DNA of 64,000 nt from Spirochaetota bacterium. GTDB lineage: Bacteria > Spirochaetota > UBA4802 > UBA5368. Positions within the stretch are counted from its first letter, which is position 1, and each line of letters begins with the position of its first letter. The stretch lies in assembly GCA_025457965.1 (NCBI GenBank), contig JALOTJ010000001.1:1271-65270 (forward strand), in the 5' to 3' direction. The notes under the pieces were generated by a model. It saw nothing but the letters and a program-made list of their open reading frames with translations. It was not told the DNA's origin and made no database searches. The translations under genes and the position numbers were made by a program. Positions 10,281 to 19,443 of this stretch are shown one piece after another.

Positions 10281-11299
10281 TTATACGCCCTTCAACCCCA
10301 CCGATTTGCTGATAATATTTTTCTGTATCTGGGTGGTCCCACCGCCGATGGAGAGAATCAGAATATCGCGAAGGTATCGCTGCATATCATAATCCATGGA
10401 AGAGCCGTCCGGACCGAGAATATTGACGCCCTGTCTGATGATGTTTTTACTCGTTTCCGCGGCGAAATACTTGCACATCGAGGTCTCTTTGGTCGGCGAG
10501 TACCCGGCGGCCTCTTTCCAGGCCGTGGCATAGGCGAAGGTCCGGGCCACCTCCAGCTCGGTGGCCATCTTTGCCAGGGTGTGCTGAATCGCCTGGGTAT
10601 CGGCCAGGGGATTGCCGCGCTGCAGCTTAGCGATCGCGTATTCGAGGGCGTCTTCATACGCCGCCTGGGCCATTCCGATCGCGCACGCGGACAGCACGAG
10701 CCGCTCCTGGTTCAGCAGCTTCATCTCCTGCTTCCAGCCATTATTGAGCCCCTTTTCCTGCCCGCCAAGTATGTACTGGGGCAACACCTTTACGCTGTCG
10801 TAATACACCTCGCAGGTATTCGACCCGTGATAGCCCAGCTTGTCGATCTCCTTTGTCGAGTATCCCTCCTGCTTCGTGTCCACGATAAACGACGTGATGC
10901 CGCCGTATTTCGACGGGCTCGTGCGGGCGAAGGTTATCGTGTATCGCCCCTGGTCAACTTCGGCAGGAACTCCTTCTTCTGTTCCGGGCTGCCGTTCACC
11001 GATATTATTTCATTTCCGTACAGGAGTATGTTCCCCAGGGACCAGCAGAGAACCGGCAGTCTTCTGGATATCTCTTCGAATATTATCATGAGATCGAAGA
11101 TATCCCCATCCATACCCCCATATTCCCCGGAGATATTAATTCCGCAGAGACCCATATCGACGAACTTCCTGACCAGGTCCATGGGAAATTTGCCTTCACG
11201 GTCTACTTCACGGGCCTTCTCGCGAGGGATTTCCCTCTCGACATAACTCCGTACACGCTCCCGCAGCTGGTCCTGTTTTTCACTGAATTTGAAATCCAC
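10281..11299 (-). pseudogene. Acyl-CoA dehydrogenase pseudogene with a frameshift and an internal deletion of about 60 aa
   Basis: N-terminal ACAD domain (GTG 11299 to stop at 10934, ending EQKKEFLPKLTRGDTR). The same gene resumes in another frame at 10883 with YTITFARTSPSKYGGITSFIVDTKQEGYS, which is the ACAD mid-domain, and runs to 10281. The segment carrying the xAFALTEPxAGSD motif is absent. RBS AAGGAGAT before the GTG. Confidence 0.75.
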
Positions 11300-11355
11300 G
11301 ATTACTATCTCCTTGCGATCACTCGCATGATCTGATCTATTTCCAATGCGTACTG

Positions 11356-11811
11356 CTACGCCCCGGACGATTTGCGGTACATGAGAAATTTCATGTCGAA
11401 GACCATTACCGTTTCTTCGCGCTGATTTTTGATCGTATACCTCCAGGTCTGCATGCCCTGGGTCGGCTTGCCCGTCTCTCGCCTGTCCACGACCTCAACA
11501 TTGTTGGTAATCGTATCGCCGATCTTCACGGGAGCGAGCATTTTCATGCCATCGACTCCCATCCAGGCGATTATCGAGCCTCCTTCCACCCTGGCGAGCC
11601 CGGCCATTCCGACCGCCATCCCGAAAATGAGAGGTCCATGGGCCACGCGCTCCTTCATCGGCGACCTGGCGGCAAACTCCCTGTCCATGTGAAGCGGATA
11701 AAAATCCATAGTCAGGCCCGCCCAGTTCACGATGTGGGTTTCGGTTACCGTTATTGAGGGGGTCTTAAAGGTGAATCCTGTGTCGAAATCATCCCAATAT
11801 TTATCCGGCAT
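11356..11811 (-). CDS. MaoC-like (R)-specific enoyl-CoA hydratase/dehydratase
   Basis: Hot-dog fold. RBS AAGGAGAAA. Confidence 0.85.
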   Translation of the reverse strand: MPDKYWDDFDTGFTFKTPSITVTETHIVNWAGLTMDFYPLHMDREFAARSPMKERVAHGPLIFGMAVGMAGLARVEGGSIIAWMGVDGMKMLAPVKIGDTITNNVEVVDRRETGKPTQGMQTWRYTIKNQREETVMVFDMKFLMYRKSSGA

Positions 11812-11857
11812 CGCTTTCTCCTTGATCCTGCGGATTTACCAGGCGACCGTTCAATCA

Positions 11858-12280
11858 TCACTTCAACGCAACGGGCCTGAATTTCGGCAATGTAATATCG
11901 TCATTGAGCTTTTCGAACACGACTTCCACGGGCATATCGCAACGCACATCCACGGGATCGCACCCGACGATATTGCTCAGCATCTGCACCCCTTTCTCCT
12001 GAAGTTTGACGATGGCGATCACGTATGGCATATCGTCGACGAACGCCGAAGGGCAATTGCTCTCCACCACCGTATATGAGTAGACGGTGCCTTTGCCGGA
12101 CGACTGGACCCATTCCAGATCATCCGAAAAGCAACTGATGCACGCGATCCTCGGATAAAAAATATTGGTGCCGCACGACCTGCACCGCTGATACACGAGC
12201 CTGCCTTCGCGGGCCGCCTCCCAGAATGGTTTCACCCAGGGATTTACCACCGGCGACGGTTTTTTAGGTTTATCCATCAT
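11858..12280 (-). CDS. DUF35 Zn-ribbon/OB-fold protein (thiolase-associated scaffold, BbsA/PhlB-like)
   Basis: CRSCGTNIFYPRIACISC zinc ribbon followed by an OB fold. RBS AGAGGAGG. Sits 13 nt downstream of a thiolase. Confidence 0.85.
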   Translation of the reverse strand: MMDKPKKPSPVVNPWVKPFWEAAREGRLVYQRCRSCGTNIFYPRIACISCFSDDLEWVQSSGKGTVYSYTVVESNCPSAFVDDMPYVIAIVKLQEKGVQMLSNIVGCDPVDVRCDMPVEVVFEKLNDDITLPKFRPVALK

Positions 12281-12293
12281 ATGCCTCCTCTTG

Positions 12294-13478
12294 TCACGGA
12301 ATCTCGGTTCCCAGGATGGTCACCTGCGCGTCCATGTACGTACCTCCCGTGGCCGTTTCCAGTGCGAAGCGGGCGTTCTTTACCTGCCTGTCGCCCGCCT
12401 TGCCCATAAGCTGGCGGACGGTTTCGACCATCAGCGCCACCGCTCCTCCTGCGCCGGTATGTCCCTGGGAGAGCATGCCGCCGTTCGTCGTACAGGGGAT
12501 TTTCCCCCCCGGCCAGGTGTCACCGTTGATAAACATTTTGCCACCCTGTCCCCGTTCGGCGAAACCGAGCTCTTCAAACCCTATCAGCTGATAAATGGGG
12601 TAGGAGTCATATATCTCGGCCACGTCGATTTCCCTGGGCGTAATTCCGGCCATTTCGAAGGCCATTTTCCCCGCCTTCGCCCATCCGAAGCGACTGACGT
12701 CCGGCTCCTGGGAGTAAACAAAATGCGTTACGGTTCCCCCTTCCCCGAGGAGATAGACCGGCCGGTCCGTGATATCCCGGGCCCGCTCGGCCGATGTGAC
12801 AATGAACGCGGCCCCGCCGTCGAACAGCATGTTCGACATCTTGGCCCGAAGCGGCGTGGACAGCATCTTGCTGGCCATCACCTCTTCAATGGTGAGGGGC
12901 TTTCTAAAGAAGGCGTTCGGATTGAGTTCCGCCCATTTGCGGTTCGAGACACAGATCGAGGCAAGCTCCTCGTCCGTGGTCCCGGTCTCGTACTTGTAGC
13001 GGTTTGTGGCAAGGGCCGCGATGGCCGAATAGTGCTGTCCGTACGGGACCTCCCATTCGCTCGAAATACCCGCCGTGGAAAACAGATCGATGCCGCCCTG
13101 GAGGCTCACGCCGGTGCCCAGCTTGTCCGCGTGGACGAACAGCACCGTCGAGGCGCCGCCGCTGTTTATGAGGCTCGCGGCGATCTCGAGCGCGCAGGTG
13201 CTGCTCGATCCGCCCGCGAAGATCTGTGCGTTCCTTTTGACGTTTTTCAGGCCCAGCTCCTCCACCACCCGGCATGTTACCAGCTCGGTATTGAAGGCCG
13301 GGCTGAAAAGCGCCGCGGTGGGCAGCACATAGTCTATGTCTTCCTTGTTGATGCCGGCGTCCCGTATCGCCATCTTTGCCGATTCGATCGCATAGCTGAT
13401 CGCGCCCGCCTCGGGGTACCTTCCGGTCGGGATTTCTCCTATGCCGACAAACGCGATCTTTCCCTTGAGGTTGCTCAT
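12294..13478 (-). CDS. Thiolase-like protein, SCP-x/nonspecific lipid-transfer-type (BbsB/PhlC-like)
   Basis: Thiolase fold with C-terminal GGAVALMVETVRQL. RBS GGGAGGA. Confidence 0.9.
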   Translation of the reverse strand: MSNLKGKIAFVGIGEIPTGRYPEAGAISYAIESAKMAIRDAGINKEDIDYVLPTAALFSPAFNTELVTCRVVEELGLKNVKRNAQIFAGGSSSTCALEIAASLINSGGASTVLFVHADKLGTGVSLQGGIDLFSTAGISSEWEVPYGQHYSAIAALATNRYKYETGTTDEELASICVSNRKWAELNPNAFFRKPLTIEEVMASKMLSTPLRAKMSNMLFDGGAAFIVTSAERARDITDRPVYLLGEGGTVTHFVYSQEPDVSRFGWAKAGKMAFEMAGITPREIDVAEIYDSYPIYQLIGFEELGFAERGQGGKMFINGDTWPGGKIPCTTNGGMLSQGHTGAGGAVALMVETVRQLMGKAGDRQVKNARFALETATGGTYMDAQVTILGTEIP

Positions 13479-13511
13479 GATATCCTCCCAGTCGATTGTT
13501 GCCGCCGCGGT

Positions 13512-14720
13512 TTATGCCCCATGCTTGCCCAGAATCGCGATACTGCACACGTTCATGAAGGGGAAGCCCCCGAGGTTATGGGTAAGCCCGAACCGCGGAT
13601 CCTTGAGCTGCCGCTTGTCCGCACGATTGAGCAGCTGTAAATACATCTCGTAGATCATGCGCATGCCTGACGCGCCGATCGGGTGTCCGAAACATTTTAG
13701 TCCACCGTCGATCTGGCAGGGAATTTTCCCGGTCGCATCGTAAAAGCCGTCCATGATGTCCTTCGGCGCCTTCCCCCGTTCGGAAATGTGCAGGTCTTCC
13801 ATGGTGACCAGCTCGGTGATCGAGAAACAGTCATGCACCTCGATCATGCTGAGCTCTTCCCGCGGATTTTTTATCCCCGCTTCCTTGTACGCGAGGGCGC
13901 TCGCCTTGTCGGTGGTCGTGAAATATGAGCCGTCCCACTGATTGTACGACATCTCTTCCCCGTTGCTGAGGGCCGTCTGCAGGGCCTTGACCGTTACGAT
14001 GTCCTTCTTCCCGAGGCTTTTTGCGATCTCGGGCGTGGTGACAATCGCGCAGGAGCTTCCATCGCTCACGCCGCAGCAGTCGAACAGGCCGAGCGGATAG
14101 GCCACCATGGGAGAATTGAGCACGGCCTCCTCGGTGACCGGGTTGCGCAGATGCGCCTTGGGGTTCAGCGCCCCGTTGGCATGGCTCTTCACCGAAACAT
14201 GCGCCATGGCCTTCTTTATGTCTTCCATAGGTATGCCGTACTTGGCCGAATACGCGCTGGCCAGCATGGCGAAACAGCCGGGAGCGGTCATGTTCGGAAA
14301 CCACAACTGGTTGGTGAGCCCCATGCCCGATCCGAAATCCGGCAGACCCGCGTATCCTATGTCCTTGAGTTTCTCGACCCCTATGGCAAGGCAGATGTCG
14401 TACGCGCCCGATGCCACCGCGTATACCGCGCCCCTGAAGGCCTCCGTGCCGCTCGCGCAGTAATTCTCGGTGCGCGTCACGCCGATTTTCGGCAGCCGCA
14501 GGGCTATCGCCGGGGGCAATCCGCTTTTACCCACGTTCACTTCATCGAGACACGAGCCGAACCACGCGGCCTCGATTTGCTTTTTATCAATCCCGGCGTC
14601 CGATATGCACTCCTGGAAGGCTTCCACCATCAACTCTTCCGATCCGCAATCCCATCGCTCGCCGAACCTGGTGCATCCCATTCCGATAATTGCGACCTTG
14701 TCTTTTATACCAGTTCCCAT
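13512..14720 (-). CDS. Thiolase (acetyl-CoA acetyltransferase-like, SCP-x type)
   Basis: VAIIGMGCTRFGERWD N-terminus. Active-site region NYCASGTEAF. C-terminal CFGHPIGASGMRMI. RBS AAGGGGGAT. Confidence 0.9.
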   Translation of the reverse strand: MGTGIKDKVAIIGMGCTRFGERWDCGSEELMVEAFQECISDAGIDKKQIEAAWFGSCLDEVNVGKSGLPPAIALRLPKIGVTRTENYCASGTEAFRGAVYAVASGAYDICLAIGVEKLKDIGYAGLPDFGSGMGLTNQLWFPNMTAPGCFAMLASAYSAKYGIPMEDIKKAMAHVSVKSHANGALNPKAHLRNPVTEEAVLNSPMVAYPLGLFDCCGVSDGSSCAIVTTPEIAKSLGKKDIVTVKALQTALSNGEEMSYNQWDGSYFTTTDKASALAYKEAGIKNPREELSMIEVHDCFSITELVTMEDLHISERGKAPKDIMDGFYDATGKIPCQIDGGLKCFGHPIGASGMRMIYEMYLQLLNRADKRQLKDPRFGLTHNLGGFPFMNVCSIAILGKHGA

Positions 14721-14731
14721 TGTATCCCCCT

Positions 14732-16189
14732 TTATCCCACGATTTCCGGGACGGCTTTCCAGAAATAGCCCCTGAATCCACGCATATCATCCTTGAGCCT
14801 GAGCCGGAAAGCCATAGTGACCGGCAGCCCCACCTTGACGTCGTCCAGCGCGCAATCGGTGAAATCAGCGAGCATCCGTCCGCCATCGGCGAAGGTGACA
14901 ATCCCATAGACTGCCGGCGGATCGATGGAGGCGGCAAGCATATCGCCGGTATACATGAGCACGCTGGCCTTCTTGTCCGTGAACTCATACGGATCCATTT
15001 CGCCTACCGCGTTGCATTCGGGATTGACGCACATCGGGGTGAATACGAACTGGGGGGTGCCGCACTTTCTGCACTTCCCGCCCACCAGGCCGATGAATTT
15101 CTTGCGGTTCCGCCACAGAACGGTCAGCGAAGTGTTCGGCGTAACCTCCCCGCGGATACCGAGGTCGCTTTCGCCGAGTTGCCTGAACGTGATAAACTTT
15201 TCGTAGCTCGTGAGCACCCGTTTGACCGCGAGGTGTCCCTTCACTCCCCTTGGGCCCTTGAAAGAGGCGAGTTTGTCGGTCGCCTTGAAGCACAGCACGT
15301 CACAGCCCTGCCCGAACCCGGCAAGCAGTATTTTGTCGCCCGGTTTCGCCGTTTCAAGCGCGGCCACGAGCATCAGCAGCGGATGCGCGGCGCCGGTATC
15401 TCCGCAGAGCTCGTGCATCGGGCTCTGCAGCTGTTCCGGGGTTATCCCGAGTTTTTTGGCTATCCCGTTATGGGTGGCCGCAAAATAACAAGGGTACACG
15501 ATTTTGGCGAAATCGCCGATCGCCATTTTGGTCTTCTTCAAAAAACCCGCAACCGCCTGGGGGATGATCTTGCCGAAGCCCTCGTCCCTTATCCAGCGCT
15601 CTTCCCAGCCGTAGTCGAACTCCTTGCCGGCGCCCCTGTAATGAGCGATGAAATCGCAGTTAATCGAATGACTGTCGATAAACTCGGCAATCACATCATC
15701 GCCTCCCAGGAGCAGCGCCGCCGCGCCGTCGCCCAGGTACATCTCGGACATGGTCGCCATCTTGGTCTTGCGCGTGTCGGCGGCGGCCACCAGCGCGCAT
15801 TTTTTATCGCCGGATTTCAGCGCCGAAAGGCCCGATATGAGCGCCGTGGTTCCGGCCTTCTGGCTCCCCGTGAAGTCGGCGCACGTGGTGCCCTCCTCGT
15901 TCACGTTGATCGCCGTGGCCAGAATGTCCGAATTGAGCCTGTCGGAAAACGGCATGGTGGTCGAGGCCATATACACCGCATCGACCTTCTTCCTGTCCTT
16001 CCCCTGCGCGCAGTCGATGGCGGCCGCCACGGCCATGGTAAGCGTGTCCTCGTCCCAGTTCGCCACCGATTTCTCTCCCTTGGCGGCGCCGAATATGACC
16101 GGCTGGTACCACGCCATGGTCTTCGCGATGATTTTACGTTCTATCCTGAGGCGGGGGATATATCCCCCGTACGATGTTATACCGATCAT
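14732..16189 (-). CDS. Archaeal-type HMG-CoA synthase-like condensing enzyme fused to a C-terminal DUF35 Zn-ribbon/OB-fold domain
   Basis: N-terminus MIGITSYGGYIPRLRIERK matches the archaeal HMGCS/PhlA-type start. C-terminus CRKCGTPQFVFTPMCVNPEC plus OB fold is a DUF35 domain. RBS AGGGGGATT. 11 nt gap to the downstream thiolase. Confidence 0.8.
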   Translation of the reverse strand: MIGITSYGGYIPRLRIERKIIAKTMAWYQPVIFGAAKGEKSVANWDEDTLTMAVAAAIDCAQGKDRKKVDAVYMASTTMPFSDRLNSDILATAINVNEEGTTCADFTGSQKAGTTALISGLSALKSGDKKCALVAAADTRKTKMATMSEMYLGDGAAALLLGGDDVIAEFIDSHSINCDFIAHYRGAGKEFDYGWEERWIRDEGFGKIIPQAVAGFLKKTKMAIGDFAKIVYPCYFAATHNGIAKKLGITPEQLQSPMHELCGDTGAAHPLLMLVAALETAKPGDKILLAGFGQGCDVLCFKATDKLASFKGPRGVKGHLAVKRVLTSYEKFITFRQLGESDLGIRGEVTPNTSLTVLWRNRKKFIGLVGGKCRKCGTPQFVFTPMCVNPECNAVGEMDPYEFTDKKASVLMYTGDMLAASIDPPAVYGIVTFADGGRMLADFTDCALDDVKVGLPVTMAFRLRLKDDMRGFRGYFWKAVPEIVG

Positions 16190-16198
16190 ATAATCCCC

Positions 16199-17644
16199 CT
16201 ATTTCTTTATCCCGGCCATGTCCTCGACGAGTTTCTTCGATTTGGCGATGATCTTTTTCGCTTCCATGAGAATTGTCATGCGCTCGGCGAACGGGGAGCC
16301 TTCTCCGTGCAGGCAGATCGTCTCGAGGTCACCTGCCGTCAGACGCCTTACCAGGTCGAACATGCGCAGCCGGTTCTCGGTGGAAACCTCGGGATTCGCC
16401 TGGAGATATTTTTCAATATCAGCGTGGGTTTCCGGGTTCTGCCAGTCGCGATATGTCGGCGCGGTGACGAGAAGGCCACCGGCGAGGTCCTGGATGATTT
16501 CCACGATCTTGTGATAGTTATGCGCGAAGTGATATTTCGCGATGTTGGTAGTGATCGGGTTCGGCACCGGTATCCCCGCGTGCATGACATAATCCAGACA
16601 TGCAGAACGCGACAGCGCGGTAAGGGTCTCAAGGTAAATGACGATCTCGGTGATCTTCTCCTTGACGTGCGGCGCGCCGGAAATGCCGTTATAGTCGGCG
16701 ATGGCGACGGCGATCCCAAGGAGTTGCTCGCTCATCGGTATACGATAGGCGCAGCCCGTTCTGCGGTGCATGAGGGCGAAATTATACACGCAGGTGGCGG
16801 CAACCTGCCACTCTCCGCAGAGGAAAACCCTGTCCCACGGTACAAAGACATCGTCAAAGATTATAAGCGAGTCGGTGTGCATCCTCCGAAGCTCGCTTCC
16901 AACGGGAAACTCATCGACGCTTATTCTGCCATGGAACGGGCGCACAATCTGGCGTATGCCTTTGGCATTGGCCGGAACGGCAACGGCCACCGCGTAGTCA
17001 CTGTCCTCGGGACCGCTCAGCGCGCGACACGGGATGGCGAAAAATTCATGGCAATAGGCGGCGCCTGTAATGTGAACCTTCGCGCCCCGGAGAACTATGC
17101 CATCCTTACGCTTCTCGACGATACGCAGGTTGAAATCAGGGTGCGCCTGTTTCGGATCCGATGGCCGAAGATGACGGTCACCCTTCACGTCGGTCACGCC
17201 CGCGACCACGCACTTGTCGGTCTTCTGAAGATACTTGCGATACTTCTCTATCCGCTCCAGATAAACCTTGCCGGCATCTCCGAGACTACGGGCTGTTATT
17301 GCGATCGCGTTCATCGCGTCGGCGCCGATATCGTGCGCAAGCGGAATATAGCCGTCGCCCAACTCGGTGGCCTTGATGATCAGATCAAGGTGCTTGAGTA
17401 GATCCTCGCCGTTCTTGGGCACATAATAATAACGGCTGATATTCTCGCCAAGCTCCTCATCATACACAAGCGCCAGATCTTTGTACTGCGGGTCCTCGGA
17501 CATATGATAATCGACGGCCACGGTTTCCACACAGGCTTTAAGATCCGGATCTTCGGCGACGTTTTCGATCTTCCTGCCCTTGTAGTATACAATTCTTCCG
17601 TCGTTTAAACTTGTCTTATATTCTTCCGGCGTCATTAAACCCAT
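16199..17644 (-). CDS. HpaB/AbfD-family flavoenzyme (4-hydroxybutyryl-CoA dehydratase/vinylacetyl-CoA isomerase-like)
   Basis: About 480 aa, the length and general composition of this family, with Cys/His residues placed as in AbfD (CVVAG, AAYCHEFFAIPC). Family call made from memory of AbfD; it is not motif-proven. RBS GGGAAGAGG. Confidence 0.65.
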   Translation of the reverse strand: MGLMTPEEYKTSLNDGRIVYYKGRKIENVAEDPDLKACVETVAVDYHMSEDPQYKDLALVYDEELGENISRYYYVPKNGEDLLKHLDLIIKATELGDGYIPLAHDIGADAMNAIAITARSLGDAGKVYLERIEKYRKYLQKTDKCVVAGVTDVKGDRHLRPSDPKQAHPDFNLRIVEKRKDGIVLRGAKVHITGAAYCHEFFAIPCRALSGPEDSDYAVAVAVPANAKGIRQIVRPFHGRISVDEFPVGSELRRMHTDSLIIFDDVFVPWDRVFLCGEWQVAATCVYNFALMHRRTGCAYRIPMSEQLLGIAVAIADYNGISGAPHVKEKITEIVIYLETLTALSRSACLDYVMHAGIPVPNPITTNIAKYHFAHNYHKIVEIIQDLAGGLLVTAPTYRDWQNPETHADIEKYLQANPEVSTENRLRMFDLVRRLTAGDLETICLHGEGSPFAERMTILMEAKKIIAKSKKLVEDMAGIKK

Positions 17645-17752
17645 GATTATAACCTCTTCCCTGTCAGGTTGTTACAGCATCGTTCGTCTGTACTCGGGGG
17701 CGCGGCATGCACCCGCATGCCGTTCGCCCCTGTCAGCCCTGCCTGCCGCATT

Positions 17753-19378
17753 CTACCAGTTCTTAATCCTTGCCGGCATGGCACGGTGATATGGCTTGAA
17801 GACCTTTTCTTCCATGCTGGATCCCATCATGCTGTCCACGCAAAGCGCCGCGCTCAATGCCGCCGCATCCACGCCGCAACCCCACAGGCGCTCGCCGTAC
17901 TGGTCGCCGGCGAAATACAGGCCATCGACCATCTGGGATTTAACATCGATCCGATCGTATCCGATCGGCTGGATCCAGGCAAAGGCGTGGTCGCTGCACA
18001 TCCACAGCATGAAGTCCATATCAGAATTCCACTTGTCGGCGCCGAAGGTCCTCTTCCACCAGTTCTCATTCCATTCCATCACCCGGGAGACCTTGTGCGG
18101 GTTCCGCATTTCCTCATGCGTCATGGCGGTTGAGAATATCCAGCCGTGCCTGTCCTCGGGCGCGGCCCCGGTCTCCTTGGTCAGACCGGGATTGGAATTG
18201 CTGCCCTTAGCCGTAGAGGCCAGGTTCCACAACACCATGTCAACGCATCCGCTGTAGCCTTCCTCCGCTCCGATGATATCCGGCATGTATATGAAGCTTC
18301 TTTCCTCGATGCCCTTCGCCGCCCAGACATCCGACTTCATGTTGCCGAACCCGGTAATCATGCCTGCCCCCCAGAATTCCTTCTGGACCCGGTCGACCAA
18401 CTCCTGAGGGAAGTAACGGGGATGGATCACATTCAGCATCTGCTTGGAGGGTATATTGCAGACCACCTTATCGGCATAGACCGTTTTTATACCGTCCGCG
18501 GTCTGATACGTTACGCCCTTAACCGCGCTGTTCTCGATGATCACCTCAACGACATTGGCGTTTCGCTGCACCTTTCCGCCCTTTTCATTCAGAACCTGCT
18601 CCATTAAAAGGGCGAATGAGATGGTGCCGGGATTGGCGACGGTGGCGCATGAGCCCTCAACCAGGTTCATCTTGATGTCGCCCGCGATGCACATATGGCC
18701 AAGTACGTCCGGCGCCGGGGTCATTCTAAGATCGGCCTGGCCCGTCTGGGACGCCGCAAGGACCTTTATGTAGTCATAGGCTTCCTTGTGTACGTTTCTC
18801 GCCTGCAGCCACTCCTCGAAAGACATATGCGCCGTCTGCGCAACATCATGGAATGTCATGGTGGCCATGTCCCTGAGGGCCCTCATGGTCGACTTGAAGC
18901 CCTCCGGGCTCATCCACCCGTATGGTTCGCCCTTGCCCACCTGATAGGCCTTGTTGCCTTTCTTGCAATCGACAAAAGCGAAGCCGACATTGCAGGGCAT
19001 ATCGACCGGTTTCTCGAGATAGTCCATCAGGTTGCGGATTTTGCCCTTATTGCCCCAGAACAGGCCGTGTCCGGTATCGAGCGTGGTGCCGTCGAACAGG
19101 CCCTTTTCGAAGCAGGTAGTGAGGTCCGGCGTACATTTCGGCACCCACGCGCCGATCAGGCCGAGGGCGCGCCTGAAACCGTTGGCGTCCAGCTCGAGCC
19201 CGTCGATGCTTACCTTGTTTCCCTTGCCGACAAACGACGCCAGACGCCCGCCGATAAACGGGGCCTTCTCGAGGACAAGCACCTTCTGATTGAAGTCCTT
19301 CGCGAGCAGGGCCGCGGAACCGAGTCCCGCCACACCGGAGCCGATGATGATAACATCATATTGTTTTTCTTTTGCCAT
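17753..19378 (-). CDS. FAD-dependent oxidoreductase of the phytoene-desaturase (CrtI-like) superfamily
   Basis: YDVIIIGSGVAGLGSAALLA dinucleotide-binding motif. 541 aa amine-oxidase/desaturase-like fold. RBS AAAGGTGA. Confidence 0.8.
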   Translation of the reverse strand: MAKEKQYDVIIIGSGVAGLGSAALLAKDFNQKVLVLEKAPFIGGRLASFVGKGNKVSIDGLELDANGFRRALGLIGAWVPKCTPDLTTCFEKGLFDGTTLDTGHGLFWGNKGKIRNLMDYLEKPVDMPCNVGFAFVDCKKGNKAYQVGKGEPYGWMSPEGFKSTMRALRDMATMTFHDVAQTAHMSFEEWLQARNVHKEAYDYIKVLAASQTGQADLRMTPAPDVLGHMCIAGDIKMNLVEGSCATVANPGTISFALLMEQVLNEKGGKVQRNANVVEVIIENSAVKGVTYQTADGIKTVYADKVVCNIPSKQMLNVIHPRYFPQELVDRVQKEFWGAGMITGFGNMKSDVWAAKGIEERSFIYMPDIIGAEEGYSGCVDMVLWNLASTAKGSNSNPGLTKETGAAPEDRHGWIFSTAMTHEEMRNPHKVSRVMEWNENWWKRTFGADKWNSDMDFMLWMCSDHAFAWIQPIGYDRIDVKSQMVDGLYFAGDQYGERLWGCGVDAAALSAALCVDSMMGSSMEEKVFKPYHRAMPARIKNW

Positions 19379-19443
19379 TTTCGATCACCTTTATGTTCTT
19401 CAAGTAGTTATACGAATACCGCACTCAAATGTTTTCCCGCATC

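Noticed and set aside
14690-17401. 903-aa ORF on the plus strand, the longest in the track
   Set aside because: It is antisense to three well-supported minus-strand genes (HMGCS-DUF35, AbfD-like, thiolase). Its product is Arg/Gly/His-rich with no recognisable domain. This is a typical high-GC antisense artefact.
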